Assembly (NCBI GenBank): GCA_020137815.1
Contig: WFME01000014.1
Coordinates: 1 to 47,092 of the forward strand
From: Hormiphora californensis
Taxonomy: Eukaryota; Animalia; Ctenophora
DNA: 47,092 nucleotides
Direction: 5' to 3'
This document shows positions 1 through 11,320 of the stretch, piece after piece. The translations under genes and the position numbers were made by a program. Positions within the stretch are counted from its first letter, which is position 1; every line of letters starts with the position of its first letter. The notes under the pieces were generated by a model. It saw only the letters and a list, made by a program, of their open reading frames with translations. It was not told the DNA's origin and ran no database searches.

Positions 1-695
1 GGGCGTTCGAAAGCTCTCGAGGTGCTGAAGTAATTGAATGTAACTGGAAGTAATTACATGTAATTACATGTAATTAAAGGGTAATTACATGTAATAAAAG
101 GTCTGCATGACCCCAAATGATAATTTAAAAATTTTGACGTATTTGGAGCAATTGGAAGGAGTAGAAAGGCGTTCTAGGGTGCGTTCGAAAGCTCTCGAGG
201 TGCTAAGTAATTGGAATGTAATTGGAGGTAATTACATGTAATTAAAGGGTAATTACATGTAATTAAAGGGTATTACATGTAATTAAAAGGTCTGCATGAT
301 CCCAAATGATAATTTAAACATATTTTGACGTATTTAAAGTCGAATTTTTTAATCAAGGGACAGGGGGCCGCGCATTCAGAGAGGTCGTGCGGCGTTGTAT
401 TTGCGCGTGACAATCGAGATCAAGTTCCTGGCAATCTTAAGACTTGAACCCGGAAGCGTTGGAAAGATAATTTTAAGACCTTTTCAACGCAACCAAGATC
501 AAGTCTTTATCTTATCAGGAAAAGGAGATATGAGCGAAAACATTTAGCACGCGCAAAAAGACTTTGTAAATGCGCGGCCCCTTGATTAAAAAATTCGACT
601 ATAGAGCAATTGGAAGGAGTAGAAAGGTGTTCTAGGGTGCGTTCGAAAGCTCTCGAGGTGCTGAAGTAATTGGAAGTATGTAATTACATGTATGT
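1..695. repeat. Short-unit (~178 bp) variant of the satellite at 33.2-36.8 kb, interrupted by a MITE
   Basis: Repeated gcgttcgaaagctctcgaggtgctgaagtaattggaatgtaatt...(gtaattacat)n at ~3, 181 and 639; same sequence as part of the 470-bp units. Confidence 0.9.
337..601. mobile_element. MITE (TA-flanked, Tc1/mariner-like), TIR agtcgaattttttaatcaaggg
   Basis: Terminal inverted repeats with TA on both sides; inserted at the gacgtatt/gagcaattgg junction that is contiguous in the preceding satellite unit. Confidence 0.8.
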
Positions 696-1104
696 ACGAG
701 TAAATAAACTAGCATCTTACAAATAATTTCAGGACCCAGCAAGGCTGGGTCCAATGGGTCCAGGACCCACTTTTTGGACGAAAGAAGAGAAGAAAATGGG
801 AAAACTTGCCAAAAAGTGAAAAAATGGTCAAAAAAAGTGAAAAATTGAGCCGATTTTCAATTTAATAAACGAATGCGCGCGAGAAAAAGCTAATGTGGCA
901 GCGCTATCCAGTATGGCGGCGCATTGACACAAAATCAAAAAAAATAAAAACATGAAAAAATAAAAAAACGTGTTTCAAAAAACATGTTTTTAAAAAAACA
1001 TTTTTTCGAAAATTTTGATTTTGCGTCAATGCGCCACGTAAGCCGGCTCAATGACGCAAAATCATGTTTTCGAAAATTGTTATTTTGCGTCAATGCGCCA
1101 CGTA

Positions 1105-1256
1105 AAGTCCATTTTTTTTCAACTGTTCACCCAAAATTGAAATTTCAGTGAAATTTAAAACTTTCGTGGCGCGCGCTACACGTTAACATGTGATAGACGC
1201 GCAAAACAATTCCGCGCACGACTTTGGGGGGTGAACAGTTGAAAAAAAAAGGAGTA
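1105..1256. mobile_element. Short MITE, TIR aagtccattttttttcaactgttcacc
   Basis: Inverted termini, TA flanks; second copy at 1866-2010. Confidence 0.75.
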
Positions 1257-1261
1257 TAATA

Positions 1262-1756
1262 TAGTCGCATTTTTTAATCAAGGGACAGGGGCCGCGCATT
1301 TACAAAAGTCTTTTTGCGCGTGCTAAACGTTTTCGATCATATCTTCTGTTCCTGATAAGATAAAGACTCGATCTTGGTTGCGTTGAAAAGGTCTTAAAAT
1401 TAAAGTCGGATTTTTTGAAACTGTCACCCCCCTGAAATAACAAATTTTGCCATATCTCCGGTTCCTGATAAGATAGAGACTTGAAATTTGGAGGTTCGGA
1501 AGAACTTAGCAAGATCTTCGTAACCTCCAAATTTCAAGTCTCTATCTCTTCAGGAACCGGATTTATGGCCATTTACAAAATTTGAAAATACCCAGGGGGG
1601 TGACAGTTTCAAAAAATCCGACTTTATCTTTCTAACGCTTCCGGGTTCAAGTCTTAAGATTGCCAGGAACCTGATCTCGATTATCACACGCAAATACAAA
1701 GCCGCGCGACCCCTCTGAATGCGCGGCCCCTGTCCCTTGATTAAAAAATTCGAGTA
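1262..1756. mobile_element. MITE of the 337-601 family (inverted) carrying a nested MITE
   Basis: TIR ttttttaatcaagggacaggggccgcgcatt / aatgcgcggcccctgtcccttgattaaaaaa; internal sequence is the reverse complement of 337-601. Confidence 0.8.
1403..1624. mobile_element. Nested MITE, TIR aagtcggattttttgaaactgtcacccc, TA TSD
   Basis: Empty site aaaatTAtcttt is visible (reverse strand) at ~461-480; filled site aaaatTA[element]TAtcttt. Confidence 0.85.
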
Positions 1757-1865
1757 TATCAGGAGCCAGAGATATGATCGAAACAACTGAGAAAAAAACT
1801 TTTCCACGATGCGTGGGAAAGTTTTTTGCGTGCCCCCCGTTCACATTATTAAAAATCAGACTTTA

Positions 1866-2010
1866 AAGTCCATTTTTATTCAACTGTTCACCCCTCAACT
1901 CGTGCGATATTTTAATTTACGCTGCGCGCACTACACGTTAACATGTGATAAACGCGCAAAACAATTCCGCCCACGACTTTGGGGGGTGAACAGTTGAAAA
2001 AAAATGGACT
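1866..2010. mobile_element. Short MITE, copy of the 1105-1256 family
   Basis: TIR aagtccattttt.ttcaactgttcacccc / ggggtgaacagttgaaaaaaaatggact, TA flanks. Confidence 0.75.
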
Positions 2011-2018
2011 CTAATTGC

Positions 2019-2181
2019 CATACCTCGACGTGAAATTCGACCTGGAATGAGGCGCGCATTCGTAGTGACAGAGACACAAAGACTAACGAGAGAGAAGAGT
2101 TGAAGCGCGACATCATTTGCTTACTGCGGCACATCTCTCTGATGCGCACCTCATTCCAGGTCAAATTTCACGTCGGAATAT
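2019..2181. mobile_element. Palindromic MITE-like element
   Basis: Arms cgacgtgaaattcgacctggaatgaggcgcgcat / atgcgcacctcattccaggtcaaatttcacgtcg; no TSD resolved. Confidence 0.6.
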
Positions 2182-2790
2182 GTCGGATGTCCACTGTCAG
2201 ACACATAAAAAAAGAGATTTCAATAAATTCTTAACAAATTGTATTAAACATACACACATTATAGAAAATATACACCGGGAGCCGGGAGGAGTCAAATCCT
2301 AACAATTTCAGTAGCCAAGTAATTGCACTTACACTAAAATTTGGAGATACGAAAGATAGGTAATTTTTAATTCACACCCCAACTGTTTCAATGACACTGA
2401 GGAGGTAGCCTCACCCTTAAACAGAAACCCAGTAATATCGTTGTTATAAGTATTTATTTTATGTGTGATTTGAAAATGCAATTACTTGTTACCGCAAGCC
2501 CGACAACAAGAAATAATCATGTTATTAGGGTCAGCACACCCCAACCAATATGTTCATTCATAATGCTACGTTATCCCGCCAACCATATATTATGTGAAGG
2601 TGAGAATAGCATAGGAAAGAGAGTTTTCAAAAGTGGTTGGGTGTCTGGCTTAAGATAAATCTTCGTCAATTTTATCATTTGTGTGCTGACCTCAACGCCA
2701 TACAACAGCAGTAATACATGTAAAAAACATCAAGCCAGATCAATCTCGGATTTCATCCACCACTGTACATATTATACATTATACAACAAT

Positions 2791-3187
2791 TACAGTTGTA
2801 CCCCGATTTAACGGCATAATAATCTTCCCCCAATATAGTAAATTAATAGTATTTGTCCCCGATTTAACAGGGGGGGGGGAGCAGTCGACCTCAAAAAGTA
2901 TGGCGGAAAACGAACAAAACCTTCCCCCCGAGGGTGCCATTAAATTAGGGTCTAACTGTATCCATTATACAATGAAAAACAAAACATAAAATATAACATC
3001 CACCACATGTAAGAATTTCACGCACGAAATCGGCAGGGAAACCGATAAACATTTGAAAAAATGGACTCATGTCAGTAGTCAATAGAGTCGGACCCCGATT
3101 TACCGGGAGGATAAACTTCCCCACGAAATAGAAAGTCTGCAGTCTTTGACCCGACAAAGGCATCCCGGTAAATTGGGGTCCGACTAT
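2791..3187. mobile_element. Two pogo/Tc1-like MITE copies (TA-cagtcggaccccgattta termini) at 2791-2960 and 3084-3187; relatives at ~26270-26335 and ~38800-38888
   Basis: gtcggaccccgatttaccggg / cccggtaaattggggtccgac inverted termini with TA flanks. Confidence 0.65.
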
Positions 3188-4577
3188 ATCTACATTACCA
3201 TTAACTTTTTAACTATCTCAACCACATAAAATCATACTCTTTCTGATCTTAAAATTTAAAAATAACATAGAAAAGCTATGTAGGGCATCCACTCCATCGA
3301 CTTAAATGGATTCATAGCTCCACCTTCACGTTGGCGCTCCCAAAGAAGATTTAAAATGCCTCATTCCTCTGAATACGACTTCTTGAATCTGATTGATGGG
3401 ATCAGGTGTTAATATAAAAAACATACTTAACAAAATGCATACTTAAATAAGAGTATGCACAATCATACTACTTACTAAGCAAATTGTGTGACACACGTCA
3501 CCTAGCAACTACACTTGCACATGCAATTATTAGAGGGGCCTGGACACTTCTCTCCCGGTTGCAGTTGGGTACCAAAGGGGCAATTCAATTTTGCACGTGC
3601 ATTCTTTTACTTCTGTCCTGATGTCTAGCTCTTCCACCCCAAGCGCTATTCGGCAAAGTTTATGATCTAGGTCCGGGAGAACTGCTGCTGTCAGGGAGCA
3701 GGCTAGAGAATATGACAGATTACGCCAACGTGTTCAAGCGAGCCAATCAACGACTACTGGTAGCTTTACCCAACGTCGCCCAAGGGTGATTACTCCAATC
3801 GAATGGGAGTCGAATATAGAAATCTCCGAATCGGCTACATAGTGGCCAAGTTTTCACGTGATGAATTTCTGGAACAGTACTGCACCTCCCTGACATTGAT
3901 CTCTTAAATTCGCACCTTGACATTTCAGGAAGCCCAGAGCATACAACAACATGGGTGGGGAGAAAGTGAGAGATAGGCTAGGAACGGATAGTGCAGGTTA
4001 TGTCAGCGTTCCCTAATCCAGCTACCATTTCCCCGAAATTCGCACGTAGGGCGAACGGGCCTACTAGTAGGTACTAGTCCATTTGTTAATTATCAGCTAA
4101 CTATTACCTGTCCATTTGAGTGGTTGGCCAGGTAGGGTAGAGTGTGTAGGGAGAGAAGGGCTGGTGGTCAGGAGGGGTGGCGGATTGCTGTGCTGGCGTA
4201 GACGAGGGCGGTGTAACGGAAGCCGGGGGTGCTGAAACATCCTCCACAGAACGAGTCAGCCGCTTACCCTGTGAGAGACAGTTCAAAGGGGGAAACAAGG
4301 TCGAGCATTGGCAAGGGAATAGTGAATATAGTTGTAGAAACTTGAAGTTATATTGTTAACAGAATTTTAAGAAATCAGGACTAATCAAAATTGACTAAAA
4401 CAATTAAAAGATTGCCTTACCTGGGCGAAATTCGATCCGATGGGGCCAAAGCAGTTAGAGTTACTTCCAGAGGGAGGTGGGTTCGGTTTAACCACTGATC
4501 CTCCGAAACTACCATTGTTAGCAGTAGTAGGGGCGGTGGAGGGCGGTATCACAACTTCCATGACAACGGGGCTGTTG

Positions 4578-6875
4578 GGGGGGGCCGTCACCTTTTTTTT
4601 GTCTACTTTTGTCTACTTTTGTCTACAGCACTTTGAAAATTTCAGTGCAAAGTAGACAAAAGTAGACAAAAGTAGACAAAAGTAGACAAAAGTAGACAAA
4701 AAATTTTCAAGTACAGAAAACAATTTCTGCATTTTCTGTAATTGTTAAGTATTTTCATATTATACTTTGGATATGTTTTTTATTAATTATTCATATTCCA
4801 ATGGCCCCTTCTTTATTCCTAAATTAGAAAAACAATTACTGTAGTCGAGTGTAGACAAGAGTGTTTGGGGGTAAAGAGGGGGCAATTGAAAACGAAACTA
4901 CTAATAGAAACGTAGATAAAGTATTATATGAGAATACTTAACAAGTGCAGAAAATTTAAAAAATATTTTCTAAATCGTTTTCTAAACTTGAAATTTTTTG
5001 TCTACTTTTGTCTACTTTTGTCTACAGGTGTTCCTAAATTGTTCTAAGAGTGTTTGGGAGTAAAGAGGGGGCAATTGAAGTCACAAACACCCGTACACAC
5101 ATAAATATAGTCCCAATAGAGAACATGGAAATACATATCAAGGATAGAAATTGTTTGGGAATTGTTTTCTAAACTTGAAAACTTTTTGTCTACTTTTGTC
5201 TACTTTTGTCTACAGGTGTTCCTAAAGTGTTCTAAGAGTGGTTGGGGGTAAAGAGGGGGCAATTGAAGTCACAAACACCCATACACACATAAATAGAGAA
5301 CATGGAAACACATATCAAGGATAGAAACCGTTTTCTAAACTTGAAATTTTTTGTCTACTTTTGTCTACTTTTGTCTACAGGTGTTCCTAAAGTGTTCTAA
5401 GAGTGTTTGGGGGTAAAGAGGGAGCAATTGAAGTCACAAACACCCGTACACACATAAATATAGTCCCAATAGAGAACATGGAAATACATATCAAGGATAG
5501 AAATTGTTTGGGAATTGTTTTCTAAACTTGAAAACTTTTTGTCTACTTTTGTCTACTTTTGTCTACAGGTGTTCCTAAAGTGTTCTAAGAGTGTTTGGGG
5601 GTAAAGAGGGGGCAATTGAAGTCACAAACACCCGTACACACATAAATATAGTCCCAATAGAGAACATAGAAATACATATCAAGGATAGAAATTGATTGGG
5701 AATTGTTTTCTAAACTTGAAAACTTTTTGTCTACTTTTGTCTACAGGTGTTCCTAAAGTGTTCTAAGAGTGTTTGGGGGTAAAGAGGGGGCAATTGAAGT
5801 CACAAACACCCATACACACATAAATAGAGAACATGGAAACACATATCAAGGATAGAAATCGTTTTCTAAACTTGAAATTTTTTGTCTACTTTTGTCTACT
5901 TTTGTCAACAGGTGTTCCTAAAGTGTTCTAAGAGTGTTTGGGGGTAAAGAGGGAGCAATTGAAGTCACAAACACCCGTACACACATAAATATAGTCCCAA
6001 TAGAGAACATGGAAATACATATCAAGGATAGAAATTGTTTGGGAATTGTTTTCTAAACTTGAAAACTTTTTGTCTACTTTTGTCTACTTTTGTCTACAGG
6101 TGTTCCTAAAGTGTTCTAAGAGTGGTTGGGGGTAAAAAGGGGGCAATTGAAGTCACAAACACCCATACACACATAAATAGAGAACATGGAAACACATATC
6201 AAGGATAGAAATCGTTTTCTAAACTTGAAATTTTTTGTCTACTTTTGTCTACTTTTGTCTACAGGTGTTCCTAAAGTGTTCTAAGAGTGTTTGGGGGTAA
6301 AGAGGGAGCAATTGAAGTCACAAACACCCGTACACACATAAATATAGTCCCAATAGAGAACATGGAAATACATATCAAGGATAGAAATTGTTTGGGAATT
6401 GTTTTCTAAACTTGAAAACTTTTTGTCTACTTTTGTCTACTTTTGTCTACAGGTGTTCCTAAAGTGTTCTAAGAGTGGTTGGGGGTAAAGAGGGGGCAAT
6501 TGAAGTCACAAACACCCTTACACACATAAATAGAGAACATGGAAATACATATCAAGGATAGAAATGGTTTTCTAAACTTAAATTTTTTTGTCTACTTTTG
6601 TCTACTTTTGTCTACAGGTGTTCCTAACGTGTTCTAAGAGTGTTTATGGATAAAAGGGGGTAATTAAAATCGAAATTACTAATAGAAACGTAGATAAAGT
6701 GTATGAGAATACTTAACAAGTGCAGAAAATGTTTAAAAAAATTTCTTAACTTGAAAAAAAAGTTTTGTCTACTTTTGTCTACTTTTGTCTACATTTGTCT
6801 ACTTTTGTCTACACTTTCATTTTCAAAATCTGGTGCAATGTTCCTGTAGACAAAAAAAAAGGTGACGGCCCCCCC
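4578..6875. mobile_element. Non-autonomous foldback-type DNA transposon with poly-G/poly-C termini, 8-bp TSD and internal satellite
   Basis: TIR gggggggccgtcaccttttttttgtctac / gtagacaaaaaaaaaggtgacggccccccc; TSD ggctgttg (4570-4577, 6876-6883); empty site ggctgttgctatgg in copy 2 at ~8936. Confidence 0.92.
4975..6650. repeat. Internal tandem array of ~187-bp and ~166-bp units containing (ttttgtctac)n
   Basis: About 9 units starting tctaaacttgaaa; long units contain atatagtcccaat, short units lack it. Confidence 0.9.
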
Positions 6876-7225
6876 GGCTGTTGCTATGGTGATGATGATT
6901 CTCCATGTCGTGATTGACACGGTCCTGAGCGGGGGCAGATCATTAGCCGACAAAATATACAATTATGTGTGTTGTGTGTAGTGTGATTTGAAATGTTGAA
7001 ATCAGGATCCGGTAAATCGGGGACCGGGAAATAGAGGTCTGACTGTACCTGGTCGGGGTGCCGAGTGGGGCCGTGGTGCGGTATCCTCGGTAGTGGTGCT
7101 GGATGGTGTAGCGGAAGAAGAGGATGAGATTGTTGAGGAGGATGATGTTGTCATCATCACGTTAGTAGTTGGACCTGGTGGTGTTGTCGCCGCGGTGGTG
7201 AGCTCCATCAGATTTTCTATATCCT

Positions 7226-7450
7226 GGGTAATGATGAGAGAAGAGTAATGGTTAGTTGGGGCTGGGTAATGGTGAGAGAAGAGTAATGGTTAGTTGGGGC
7301 TGGGTAATGGTGAGAGAAGGGTAATGGTTAGTTGGGGCTGGGTAATGGTGAGAGAAGAGTAATGGTTAGTTGAGACTGGGTTATGGTGAGAGAAGGGTAA
7401 TAATTAGTTGAGACTGGGTTATGGTGAGAGAAGGGTAATAATTAGTTTGG
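7226..7450. repeat. 38-bp intronic minisatellite, 6 copies
   Basis: gggtaatggtgagagaagagtaatggttagttggggct repeated. Confidence 0.9.
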
Positions 7451-7655
7451 ATTGAGGGTGTGAAGGCGGGTTATAAAATCCTACTGTAAATCCTACTGAT
7501 TTAATGTGTTAGTATCCCTTAATGACAGAATGATTAGGTATTAGCATAACAAAACGGGAGGGGGGGGGAATAAATAAATATCCACATCAAAACAGAATTA
7601 CCTGAAAATCACAAATTACCTTAGATTTCACGAGTCTCCTACTGCTAACTATTAC

Positions 7656-9890
7656 CTGTCCATTTGAGTGGTTGGCCAGGTAGGGTAGAGTGTGTAGGGA
7701 GAGAAGGGCTGGTGGTCAGGAGGGGTGGCGGATTGCTGTGCTGGCGTAGACGAGGGCGGTGTAACGGAAGCCGGGGGTGCTGAAACATCCTCCACAGAAC
7801 GAGTCAGCCGCTTACCCTGTGAGAGACAGTTCAAAGGGGGAAACAAGGTCGAGCATTGGCAAGGGAATAGAGTGAATAAAGTTGTAGAAACTTGAAGTTA
7901 TAAAGTCGGATTTTTTGAAACTGTCACCGCGCATGTGAAATGTATCAATTTTGATGCACACACTACACGTTAAAGTAAGAGTGGCACACCGTGTTTTCTC
8001 ACAAAACTTAGTGGATGAACGGGGAGTACCACCAGGACCATTGGTACGGTATCGAAAATTTCCAATTCTGTCTCGTTCATTAGTTATGACGTAATATGTT
8101 CATTATTTCAACTTTCATAAAATTGCTTTACAGAAAAATCTGTGCATTTTGGATTGAAATGGATGCTTGCATCGTGTTCAGCGTCAAAAAATAGCCGGGG
8201 TACCAAATTTTGGTGTCTCTACCTTGTCTGTGACGCGAGATATCGACAAATATCAAAAACGACCAAAGTGAGAGAAAGAGAGTTTGTTACAAGTGGGTGG
8301 CGCGCACAAACAACTAGCACCCAAAGATAACAAACTCTCTTTCTCCCATTTTGGTCGTTTTTGATAATTGTCGATATCTCGCGTCCCAGACAAGGTAGAG
8401 ACACCAAAATTTGGTACCCCGGCTATTTTTTGACGCTGAACACGATGCAAGCATCCATTTCAATCCAAAATGCACAGATTTTTCTGTAAAGTAATTTTAT
8501 GAAAGTTGAAATAATGAACATATTACGTCATAACTAATGAACGAGACAGAATTGGAAATTTTCGATACCGTACCAATGGTCCTGGTGGTACTCCCCGTTC
8601 ATCCACTAAGTTTTGTGAGAAAACACGGCGCGCCACTCTTACTTTAACATGTGATGTGACACGCAAAAACATTCTGCGCACGAAAAGGGGGGTGACAGTT
8701 TCAAAAAATCTGACTTTATTGTTAACAGAATTTTAAGAAATCAGGACTAATCAAAATTGACTAAAACAATTAAAAGATTGCCTTACCTGGGCGAAATTCG
8801 AACCGATGGTGCCACAGCAGTTAGAGTTACTTCCAGAGGGAGGTGGGTTCGGTTTAACCACTGATCCTCCGAAACTACCATTGTTAGCAGTAGTAGGGGC
8901 GGTGGAGGGCGATATCACAACTTCCATGACAATGGGGCTGTTGCTATGGTGATGATGATTCTCCATGTCGTGATTGTCACGGTCCTGAGCGGGGGCAGAT
9001 CATTAGCCGACAAAATATACAATTATGTGTGTTGTGTGTAGTGTGATTTGAAATGTTGAAATCAGGATCCGGTAAATCGGGGACCGGGAAATAGAGGTCT
9101 GACTGTACCTGGTCGGGGTGCCGAGTGGGGCCGTGGTGCGGTATCCTCGGTAGTGGTGCTGGATGGTGTAGCGGAAGAAGAGGATGAGATTGTTGAGGAG
9201 GATGATGTTGTCATCATCACGTTGGTAGTTGGACCTGGTGGTGTTGTCGCCGCGGTGGTGAGCTCCATCAGATTTTCTATATCCTGGGTAATGATGAGAG
9301 AAGAGTAATGGTTAGTTGGGGCTGGGTAATGGTGAGAGAAGAGTAATGGTTAGTTGGGGCTGGGTAATGGTGAGAGAAGGGTAATGGTTAGTTGGGGCTG
9401 GGTAATGGTGAGAGAAGAGTAATGGTTAGTTGGGGCTGGGTAATGGTGAGAGAAGAGTAATGGTTAGTTGGGGCTGGGTAATGGTGAGAGAAGAGTAATG
9501 GTTAGTTGGGGCTGGGTAATGGTGAGAGAAGAGTAATGGTTAGTTGGGGCTGGGTAATGGTGAGAGAAGGGTAATAATTAGTTGAGACTGGGTTATGGTG
9601 AGAGAAGGGTAATAATTAGTTTGGATTGAGGGTGTGAAGGCGGGTTATAAAATCCTACTGTAAATCCTACTGATTTAATGTGTTAGTATCCCTTAATGAC
9701 AGAATGATTAGGTATTAGCATAACAAAACGGGGGGGGGGGGGGGGGGGGGGGGAATAAATCATTGGTATCCACATCAAAACAGAATTACCTGAAAATCAC
9801 AAATTACCTTAGATTTCACGAGTCTCCTACTGGAGCAGTTAATGTTGGTTTCGGTGACAAATAGCAGAAATTTCTTCTCCTCTGCGGTTC
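7656..9890 (-). CDS. Putative internal exons of a host gene for a Ser/Thr/Pro-rich protein (9890-9808, 9283-9109, 8984-8787, 7816-7656); three exons plus part of the first are duplicated at ~4108-7643
   Basis: Pyrimidine-rich AG acceptors and GTAA/GTAC donors bound open frames (TAEEKKFLLFVTETNINCSSRRLVKSK, DIENLMELTTAATT..., ...NHDMENHHHHSNSP..., GKRLTRSVEDVSAPP...). One junction is out of phase by 1 nt; no recognisable domain. Confidence 0.45.
7903..8716. mobile_element. MITE with TA TSD (aagtcggattttttgaaactgtcacc TIR family)
   Basis: Empty site aagttaTAttgttaac at ~4345-4360 versus filled aagttaTA[...]TAttgttaac. Confidence 0.92.
7974..8643. mobile_element. Nested near-perfect palindromic element with TTAA TSD and AG..CT termini (Kolobok-like MITE)
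   Basis: ~310-bp inverted arms (agtaagagtggc... / ...gccactcttact); empty site ctacacgTTAAcatgtg at ~1177 and ~1931. Confidence 0.85.
9286..9625. repeat. 38-bp minisatellite, 9 copies
   Basis: Same unit as 7226-7450. Confidence 0.9.
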
Positions 9891-10067
9891 CTATGAACAG
9901 ATTTAAAGTATCATTAGATAACTATCGATTTGATTACCAATCAACAAAACATTTTATCAACATTAACAAATCACCCCCACTTTCCACCCCCACTTTCCAC
10001 AACAGACATTATCTTATATCTCATTAGCAATTCACACACCTGGCAGGATGTTATCGGGATCGACTTT

Positions 10068-10121
10068 CGAGTCTAAAATCCTGACTCGGAATCGCTCTGT
10101 GATCCCCGAAGGGATCACAGA
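10068..10121 (-). other. Two stem-loops, candidate Helitron 3'-terminal hairpins
   Basis: Perfect 11-bp stem tctgtgatccc-TTCG-gggatcacaga (10096-10121) and cgagtc-N9-gactcg (10068-10088); AATAAA directly after the stop codon. Confidence 0.6.
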
Positions 10122-10158
10122 CAAAAACCAACATATTATTATATAAAATTTTATTTAA

Positions 10159-11320
10159 CTACCGCTTATATCTTCTTCGTTTATTACGGTTTGCTTTCTT
10201 GGAAGCAGCGAGGCCGTCATGCGCAGGAGAAAAATGGTTCCCTTCAACATGAATAATATACATTTGATTTAACTCTTGGTCCAGGATATTAGACAGTCTT
10301 CCAACCATACGTTCACGGTCATTCCATAATGGTGCAATGCTTTCATTTAACATAAACCATTGTCCATTCCGGTTATCATATAAATTATAGGGGATGTTAA
10401 GATAACAGGATGTCATTTCTAACACAGGCTTTGTAGCATACTCTCCAGGAGTACATGTCACTTTCATTAACGTTTCCCAGTCCTCACCAAACCATAATTT
10501 TTCACCACAATGAGGCTCCATAATGGCTTTATTCAATCTCATGAAATTAATTACACTATCTTTAACTACTTGCCAATAATTCTCATTCTTACATATTATA
10601 TGAGCTATCACTCTGTACCAACAGTTACCGTCACCTACTATTTGTTCCTTCCGAATAGGAGTCAAATTTACAATCTCTTTACCGTAACATTTTGGCCGCT
10701 CGATTTGCAATACATTACTTAATGGTAACTGTAACATTTCGCAAATTTGAACCTGACACTCGTACGTCATTGGTGAATAGCATTCTACAGTGGAAAGACC
10801 AAAATGGAGGGGGTAAAAATGGTTTCTATTTTCATGCATGATGTTCATGTTAAATTTACAAGTTTCAGTTTTCAATCTGTTTTCCAGCAAAAACCGTTGA
10901 CCCCAAAGCAGAACACCGCCAAAACTATCGTCTAGACATATTCGCCATTTATTTCCTACATTATCATAAAGGTTAAGAGGCAAACTAAGCATACACGCAG
11001 TGAGGTCCATTATCGTGTCATCCGCATACTCGTTATCTTTTTGGTGTGTACTTAAAAACTCATCAAATTTACCGGAATCACCGAAGAAACAGTTATTTGT
11101 GACAATTTCCCTGTTGGATGAGGCAAAATTAAGTACTTTCTCTTTTACTACAAGCCACTTATCTTCATCGCCACATATAACATATGATACGGATCGGTAC
11201 CAGCAATTCCCATCACCCTTCACATTTCCTTTTTCTTTAGATTTCACATGTGGCTTTCTTTTCTCTGTAAAAACTTCATGTGGCCCACGACACGATTTCT
11301 TAACAAATGGTATTCTCAAA
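10159..11320 (-). CDS. C-terminal continuation of the Helitron polyprotein: two OTU-like cysteine protease domains
   Basis: GDGNCWYRSVS...NHFYP and GDGNCWYRVIA...NHFSP; removing one base of the A4 run at 11318-11321 fuses it to the upstream ORF (QREFCESLRIPFVKK, matching internal paralog QREVCKSVNIPFVKK); basic NLS-like tail. Confidence 0.88.

Larger units (their letters stand above)
4096..9831. repeat. Tandem segmental duplication (~1.25 kb unit; copy 1 ~4096-7643, copy 2 ~7644-9831), each copy with a different TE insertion
   Basis: Near-identical sequence; identical ORF translations at 4104/7652 and 7002/9062. Confidence 0.92.

Noticed and set aside
4975-6650. CRISPR-like repeat/spacer appearance
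   Set aside because: The spacers are themselves repeated, the context is eukaryotic and there are no cas genes
10055-10110. Hammerhead ribozyme on the minus strand (gagtc-loop-gactc-GAAA)
   Set aside because: No CUGANGA core before the stem and no stem I/III closure
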